Origin: Basidioascus undulatus
Lineage: Eukaryota
Length of the DNA: 38,929 nucleotides
NCBI GenBank assembly: GCA_000826855.1
Contig: JTLS01000102.1
Location: forward strand, 1 to 38,929
Reading direction: 5' to 3'
The translations under genes were made by a program, and so were the position numbers. Below, piece after piece: positions 32,601 through 38,929 of this stretch. Under the pieces are notes generated by a model, which made no database searches, had not been told where the DNA came from, and was given only the letters and a program-made list of their open reading frames with translations. Within the stretch, counting starts at the first letter, position 1, and each line of letters opens with the position of its first letter.

Positions 32601-33033
32601 GGCGCCCATAGCGATGAGCGCGGCTTCCCGAGAGGCATCTCGGATCTGCGCGGGGGTGCGCGGCGTGTCTCCGTGAAGGAGACCGTTGGTCCACAAGCCC
32701 TGTAATGGAATTCACTCAGTAATATGCACTTGCTCGTGCGGAAATACAGCTCAGCCTCACATATGTGAGATCGAGCGCTGCGAACGGCAGGCCTGCGACG
32801 GTGGCGCCGACCAAGCCGAGCGCGTACAGCGCGTATTCGGTAGGGGTAGCATAGCTGAGGAAGTAGAATGGAACTGGAAATGAGTGTTTCGGCTCGAAAA
32901 TCTCCAGAGCTTCGCGATGATGAGAAGTGGCTAGGGGTAGTTTCGAAGGCGAAGAAGGAACGACGTCAGCGTCTCCTGCGGCGGAGCCGTGCGAGACTGC
33001 CGTGCTCGGCGTGGGTGAGTGTGCTTCGGCCAT
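26665..33033 (-). CDS. Full-length ABC transporter, ABCB/MDR (P-glycoprotein-like), TMD-NBD-TMD-NBD, many introns
   Basis: ATG at 33033. NBD1: [73 protein letters not shown]2: [64 protein letters not shown]...GRYFE|LVEMQL*. Stop at 26667-26665. Confidence 0.95.
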
Positions 33034-33524
33034 CGAGGACACCGGGTTACTGAGGCGCGAAAGGTGTGAGCTCGAAGGTGCGAAAATCAGCCTGGCATGG
33101 AGAGGAACGGAAAGAAAGGGCGTCGATGGACCGGTTAAACAGCGAACGGGCAAACGTCAGGGGAGCCGCGAGAGCCGCGCGTGTCGCCATCATCGCGGTG
33201 CTGTCTCACCAGGCTTCATCAGCAGAAGACGGTCGGCTCCGCCACGCGGACGAGTCACCGGCATAATTGTACAAGAGATGTAGATTGTTGCGCAGTCGTA
33301 GGGTCCCTGTCTTGGCGTCGGCCGCGAGCGACTTCGCAGTCGAGATCTTTCCGGGGCGGCAGCCAGCAGGGCAAATTTTCGAGATCGCTCACTTGCGCTC
33401 AAAATTGATTGTATTAAAAAACTTTCAAATTGCCAGAATAAGCAGCAATACAATATATGATTCGTGCCGGTAGCCTATTGTGTTTCTACAGGGAAAGTCT
33501 CTCGATGTATCAGTCTCCTCTTGA

Positions 33525-35736
33525 TCAGCCGCTCGCACTCCGCACCCCCTTCCCCCCCGCCTCCGCGTCCTTGCGTATCTTCCACTGCACAAGCCTAAGC
33601 GCAGCGCGCGCGTCCTCCGCCGCTGAATGCTCCGCGACGGGCGCTGAGCCGTCCGCCCTGGGTGCAGCGTCCTGGATGAACTGGCCGAGGTACTCGCGGG
33701 AGCTGGTCAACGGCGTGAGGTCATTCGTAGGCTCTGATGATTACAGACAGACGGATGGGAAAGTTGGTATGATAGAGAGAGTCATGACGCACAGGTCTCG
33801 GAGCGCGCGGCGGTACGGCTTTCCCCGCGGGTGGGGGAAGAGGATGGACGTGTCTACGACCCGCGGGTGGACGAGCCGGAGCGCGTTGAGGTCGTTCTCG
33901 AGGCCGTGGCCTGCGTGAATACGCATGGCCAGAAATGAGTCAATGTGTGGGGGTGAGTGTAGAAAGGACATGCGCACCAATAATGATCGTATCCGCCCCC
34001 ACGCCGACGCTGAACATCGCTTGCCGCACAGCCACCACGTCCAGCACCGCGCCGTCGAGGGAGGTGACGCCTGAGAAGCTGTTCACCGGCCATACATGCA
34101 TCAGTTCCTAGTGTAAACTCTAGGCGGTCCGGAAGAGACGCAACGCACCGCGAGTTGAGATCCAAAACAGTGGCGTTCCTAGGCCGCACAAGCTCATCGA
34201 GCAAAACCTGGCCCTCGTCATCGTCGCCGCTGACGACGACGAGCTTGACGAGGCTCAGGCCGGCGGTGGTGTATCTGCGAGCGAGGCAAGGGCGCTCCCC
34301 AGTCAGGGTGGATTGATTGGTGGTGGAGGGAGGCAAGAAGGCACGCACGCCATCTCGCAATCAAGCGCGACGACCTCGAGCGCGCCCTTCGCTTCGGGCG
34401 TGCGGATGAAGGGGTGGCGCGCGTGCAGGACGGCGGGCGACTTGTGTTGGAAGACGTGCGGGCCTGGGATGCGGGTGTGAGATGCCGCGACGGGAAACGC
34501 GACGGGAAAAGCACAACGCACCGGTCGAGCATCCAGGCGCCGATCCGGGTAGCCGACAGCATGTCCACATCTTCTGCTTGACGCCTGCCGTCCAGCACAT
34601 CAGCGCGCGCCAAACTCCCACCCCCTTCCCTCCCTCCCCAACGCACCGCTAACCCTCTCAAACACCGCCTTCCCAAAGTGGTATGTGCACTCCTCCCTAT
34701 CCACCTCCCCCCCACGAACCCTAAACTCGCCCGCGCACCTCTCGCACCTCCTCATCTCGCCCTCCTCGTTCGGGCGCTCGTCGCTCTCCCCCTCGGGGAC
34801 GTCGACTGTGAACCCCCACGCGGCGCGGTCCGCGTCTGAGAGGACGTACGGCGCGAGGCGCGCGCGCGAGAGGCGCGACGCTGCACGGTGGGCTTCGTCC
34901 GCTGCGCGCGCGGCGAGGACGGACTCGGTCCCGCAGAGGGGGGAGGAGGGGAAGGGGGCCGGGGGCCGCTTTTTGAGCCGCGCCACGGCGTGGATCACTG
35001 ACTGAAGAGCGGAATGGACAGGCAGAGGTGAGTGGGAGCGTGGCAGGAGGAATAGGGGAGGTGGGAGGGCAGCGCACGTTGCGGTAAGTCATTTTCGAGC
35101 TGGCTTTGTACACCTCCTCCTCCTGCGCGAGCGCGTGCTCCTCCGCAAGGCGTCTCGCCTCCGCGGGGTCCTCGAACCCCGCATAGAGGCGCGCGAACTC
35201 GGTATGGAGAGCCACGAGCATCTGCGTGCCCAACCACGCAAGCAGTCAGGACCGAAAGGACGGGCGGGACTCCATCCGCCAACAACGCACCTGCTGCCGC
35301 GTCGGGATCGGCACCGTCGAGGTAGCGGGGGACGCGCGGATGCGCAGCCCTGTCGGGGCGGCAGGGCGCTTCCTCGGCGCGGGTCCGGAGGCGGGGGCGG
35401 AGGAAGATGCTGGGGCCGGCCGCTTGGCGGGTACGGAAGAGCTCGCTGGCGCCGGCGCTGGCGCGGTGCGGATGGGTGTTTTGCCCTTGGATGATGAGGC
35501 TGCCGGTGCGGTCTTGGGGGGAGCGGGCGGCGGAGGAGGTGTGTGCGAGAAGAGGCACGGCGCGCGGGCACAGGTGCGGTAGTCTGGGCAGAATATGGGC
35601 TGCTTCGAGTGTGCAGAGAAGAGGGAGAGGGTGGGGAACCTGTTGTGATGAAGGGGGGCAGCGAGGTGGGCAGGCAGGGTCAGTACGGCAAGCGGGGACA
35701 AGCGAAGATGAGCGATGGGAGGGTGAGCACGGACAT
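33525..35736 (-). CDS. REX3: RNA exonuclease 3-like DEDDh 3'-5' exonuclease with N-terminal CCCH-type motif
   Basis: MFPTLSLF...CPDYRTCARAPCLFSH; HALAQEEEVY; CERCAGEF...ECTYHFGK; WTCC. ExoI VALDCEM|IYTTAG, ExoII GHGLENDLNALRLVHPRVVDTSILFPHP, ExoIII HSAAEDARAA. Stop at 33525. Confidence 0.9.
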
Positions 35737-36912
35737 AGTGTGCGAAGAATTCGAGCGGGAGTGCGGGGAATTTTTAAAATAGAGCTTTGACAGAGTCGAT
35801 CGAGTTGAGAGTGCAGAGTAAGCGAGGCAAGAGGGCCAGGCAACTGGAAGAACCGGCCACGGCCAACCACGAATCGAGAGGTGGCGCGTCTCGCTGTCCG
35901 CGCGTAGGAAGGCGAGACCCGTGTATAAATTGAGGTTCAAATTTGATGGACAGAGTCGTTAACTGTGTGAAGATTGGTGTGATGCAGTTGGATGCGCATG
36001 CAGAGCAGAACAAGCTGCATCGCTGCGACGAGGAGGTCGCGGGCGTTTGCTTCCGGTCGCATCATGTAAGCCTGAACACGCAATGTTTCCGCCCGCTGCT
36101 GCTTCGCTTTCGTTTTCGTTTTCGTTTTTAGTCCGAAGCACTTGATGTTGATTTAGTTAGGAGCTGGTGGTCTACCCTTGGTCTACCGCATTGCCAGGGT
36201 GACACGACTGAGTAGAGGACACACGATACCCAAGGCACCAGCAACAACCGCTGGAGAATTTGCCCTTTCTCACCGCGTCCCAATACTCGACGTTCCACAA
36301 TCACGTACTGCCCTTTGTGGGAATCAGAACAGTGCATATTCGAGACGGGGGGGAGGCGGTTGTGCGTAGACCGGCTATCGCGATCGACAGGCGGCAGCGG
36401 GGCACAGCCAGACCACAATGTTGCTCGCACGGAACACAACCTTGAGCAGCAGCAATGGATTAGGCCTCTGGGTTGCAAGCCTCGAAGCGATGCGGATGAG
36501 AATGAGTTTGTGGGAGATGAGTGGGGGATGCGGCACGGCGGTGGCGCGAGGAGGTGAGGGAGGGGTAAGTGCAGGAAAAGGGGCACGAGCATGTGAGAGA
36601 TAATTGAGGAACAGTCCAAGGCTAGTAAATAGATGCACGAGAAGATAGAGGCGCCATGCTTGCGCGAAAGCGTCGAAGAGGCAGGGGCCGCCGCGGAGGG
36701 TGCGAGTGCGAGCGAGCTCGTCGGGCTGGCGCGTCGCCCGGCCAGGCTTCAATCAAAGGAGCAGCAGCGTTCCACCCAGCGTGCATCATGACCCAGTACC
36801 ACTCACCCGATAACAACATCCAGACCCCAGTCAATTGTACACTTCCCGTCAGCACCCTGTGCTTAAAGCCCCCGCCTCGCCGTCCACCACCACCCCCTCT
36901 TCCACGCGCCAA

Positions 36913-37388
36913 TCACTCCTTCGGAATCGGCTGGCACTCTATCCACGTCTTACTGGGCTCCTGCGGCAAGGCACAGAAGAAGCCCAGATCCTAACATCAC
37001 CACCCCATGCATCCCGGCCCAGCCCGTCAGCCCTCTCCGCAAAAAAGGCAGCAGACAGCAACCGACGCACCGTCATCCGCTCAAAGAGCGCCCGACTCTC
37101 CAGCGCGACCTCCACGCAGTCCTTCTGCCCTGTCCCGGGCGTCTGGCGGCAGAGCTCCGCGCGGCCGGACCCGGCGGCGCCGTCGAAGGCGTAAGGCGAT
37201 TGGGGGGCTTGCTGCATGGGGTGGAGGGGTGGGAGGGGGTTAGTGAGGAAGGGGAAGGCAGGGGAAGGGAAAGGGGAGGGGGGACCGACTGAGATAAAGT
37301 TTCGCACGCACGAACGTACACGGGTCGCGTGGGGATGGGGACGGGGATGGGGATGAGGAGGGCTGGGGATGGGCTTATGAACGAGCAT
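36913..37388 (-). CDS. Small hypothetical protein (~95 aa, 3 exons) with Pro-His N-terminus and four-Cys domain
   Basis: Exons 37388-37320, 37211-37071 and 36990-36913, with canonical GTACGT..CACTAAC..CAG and GTGCGT..GCTGAC..TAG introns. Product: MLVHKPIPSPPHPHPRPHPHATR|QAPQSPYAFDGAAGSGRAELCRQTPGTGQKDCVEVALESRALFERMT|DLGFFCALPQEPSKTWIECQPIPKE*. Confidence 0.7.
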
Positions 37389-37984
37389 AGATCCAACTGG
37401 TGAGGATGATGGTCTGATGGTTTTGCTGTCAACCACGATGCCGGCGAGGACCACCGTGAGGGTGCTGGTAGGCGTCGGCGTATCGGTCGGCAGGCCCTGC
37501 ACCAAATTCACCAGTCCGACCTACCTCGGCGTATCTGATTTGGCAGTGATACAGGAAAACCAGAAGCGGTCAAATTTTCAATAGCTCGTCGCCTGTATTG
37601 AAACAATGAATTTGCTGGCAGTCGTCAAGCGAGTCTCGTTCGTTGGATCGCTCGTGGGGCATGGGTTCGCAAGCACCACACGGCGCACTGCCCATGAGGC
37701 ACAGCGTCGAGAGCTCCTTTCGCGTATTTTCTTGTTTTGCTACCGTTACATGCGACTCGATGTTGTCGTACCTAGGTATGCCAAAGAAATCGACCAGACC
37801 TGAAGGTGTTCCATCTAGCCGGGAGTAATCCTGGTCACGTGCGTACTACGCGACGCGTTTTCCCTTTCCTTTTGTCGGCCTCCGTCCGCTCTTCCGTCTC
37901 GCCTTCGCAGCTGTCGTCTCGGCCTCGTGCGACCGCACTCTCCCCGCCTTCTCATTTCTCTCTTCATCCTCCCCATCCGAACCG

Positions 37985-38929
37985 GTGTCCTCCCCATCGC
38001 CACCCCCGTCGCGCCATCCCGTCTCTCCGGCGAGCGGGACCCCTCTCCCGCAGCTGATAACACCACCTCCTGCGTCGACTGCCGTTTCCCGACTCACGGT
38101 GCGGCCTGCACTGTTCGCTCTCGCTCCCTCCGACACGCCACGCGACGCGCCCAAAAAGAGGATGAGCGTGATGGCGCCCTCGACGCCGAGCCACCTGCGG
38201 AGCGTGTCCCTGCCCACGCTCTCGCCCGCGACCAAGGAGTTCATGGCCCGGCACAACCTCGATGCCGCCCTCCTGGACGACGACGATGAAGACTCGTTCG
38301 ACCACGCTCTCCTCGCCACGCGTAATGCCCTCAGAAACGCGTCCGCATCCGCATCCACCTCTGCAGCCCTTTCCACGCCCGCTCCCCCACCACGACCCCA
38401 GCTCGTGCCCTCCCCTGAACCCGCCGCCGCCGCACCCGCCCCAACAGCAACCTACCACTGCGACCCATCCCCCCCGCCACCATACTCCCCAGTCGACGGC
38501 GACGACGAGCCCAGTCGAGCCATCGTCGACCTCCCCCGCCGACCGCCGCTGGCCACGCGCGCATCACCCGAGGCCCTCCGAACGTCTACCTCCCCCCCTG
38601 CGGTGCCGCCCAGGAGTGCTGAGCGCCTCGCACGATCACCGAGCTCGGGCGCACGGCGGGCAACGAGCGTGGAGGACGTCGCTCAGGATAGGGTGCCAGA
38701 GCTGGGGCTGTATGCGGAAAGGAAGAATGCGTACCAGGTGCGTCTTCTGGTCCGTGAAGTTCCCTAGGTCTTAAGTTCTTACCGTTCCTTCCTGGAAACT
38801 CCAGACGCCCGGTCCCCAATCCGCTCTCCCGCCCCTGCGCAGCTCCGCCCCCTCCTCCGCCTCCTCCGCCTCCTCCCTCTCCTCCTCCGCCTCGCGCCCC
38901 TCCCCGCCAACCTCTCTCTCCACCTCCTC
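37985..38929 (+). CDS. Partial Pro/Ser-rich hypothetical protein (5' part; start uncertain, runs off the window)
   Basis: 260-codon open frame with C-ending codon bias (…KEFMARHNLDAALLDDDDEDSFD…PPPPYSP…RKNAYQ). A GTGCGT...CCAG intron (~38738-38804) is followed by an open S/P-rich frame to the end. The first in-frame ATG is at 38162. Confidence 0.65.

Noticed and set aside
26665..33033. ABC transporter as the Ste6 pheromone exporter marking a MAT locus
   Set aside because: Ste6 cannot be told from other ABCB pumps by eye, and no STE3, STE20, STE12 or homeodomain genes were seen.
36105..36130. (TTTCGT)n and other microsatellites or homopolymers (445 poly-T, 9027 poly-A, 18988 ATGG)
   Set aside because: Ordinary short simple repeats with no spacer structure; not CRISPR-like, telomeric or element termini.
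36720..36860. Plus-strand peptide IKGAAAFHPA resembling a dienelactone-hydrolase motif
   Set aside because: No flanking nucleophile or other hydrolase motifs; it lies in the probable 3' region of the minus-strand small gene.
37790..37840. GACCAG...CTGGTC inverted repeat, possible structured RNA
   Set aside because: Only a 6-bp stem, with no tRNA, snoRNA or TPP-riboswitch consensus.
1..38929. tRNA/rRNA genes, transposase or reverse-transcriptase ORFs, LTR/TIR pairs
   Set aside because: The GTTCGA hits I inspected lack cloverleaf context, and no element motifs or long repeats were seen by eye. A computational scan could still find degraded ones.

Overview
GC-rich, intron-dense eukaryotic DNA. 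GTGCGT/GTGAGT/GTACGT/GTCCGT donors, CTGAC/CTAAC branch points, ~50-110 nt introns and the gene families point to a basidiomycete fungus, plausibly Pucciniomycotina/Rhodotorula-like (inference). Most ORF-track entries are antisense shadows or exon fragments, so I spliced gene models by hand. Apparently intact genes: a small hypothetical protein (-), a BCS1-like AAA ATPase (+), a Zn2Cys6 transcription factor (-), an oxysterol-binding protein (-), an arrestin-like protein with a long repeat/PY tail (+), a coiled-coil protein (-), a full-length ABCB/MDR transporter (-), a REX3-like exonuclease (-), a ~95-aa Cys-containing protein (-) and a Pro/Ser-rich gene cut off by the window end (+). Decayed genes lie between them: an F-box/LRR-like pseudogene, an Frm2/Hbn1-like nitroreductase pseudogene and a degenerate multi-pass membrane gene. 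I saw no tRNA, rRNA, CRISPR array or transposase. I found no convincing novel system. The best leads are chains of 9-25 nt micro-exons, an intron-split start codon, the arrestin-like repeat protein and the pseudogene islands.
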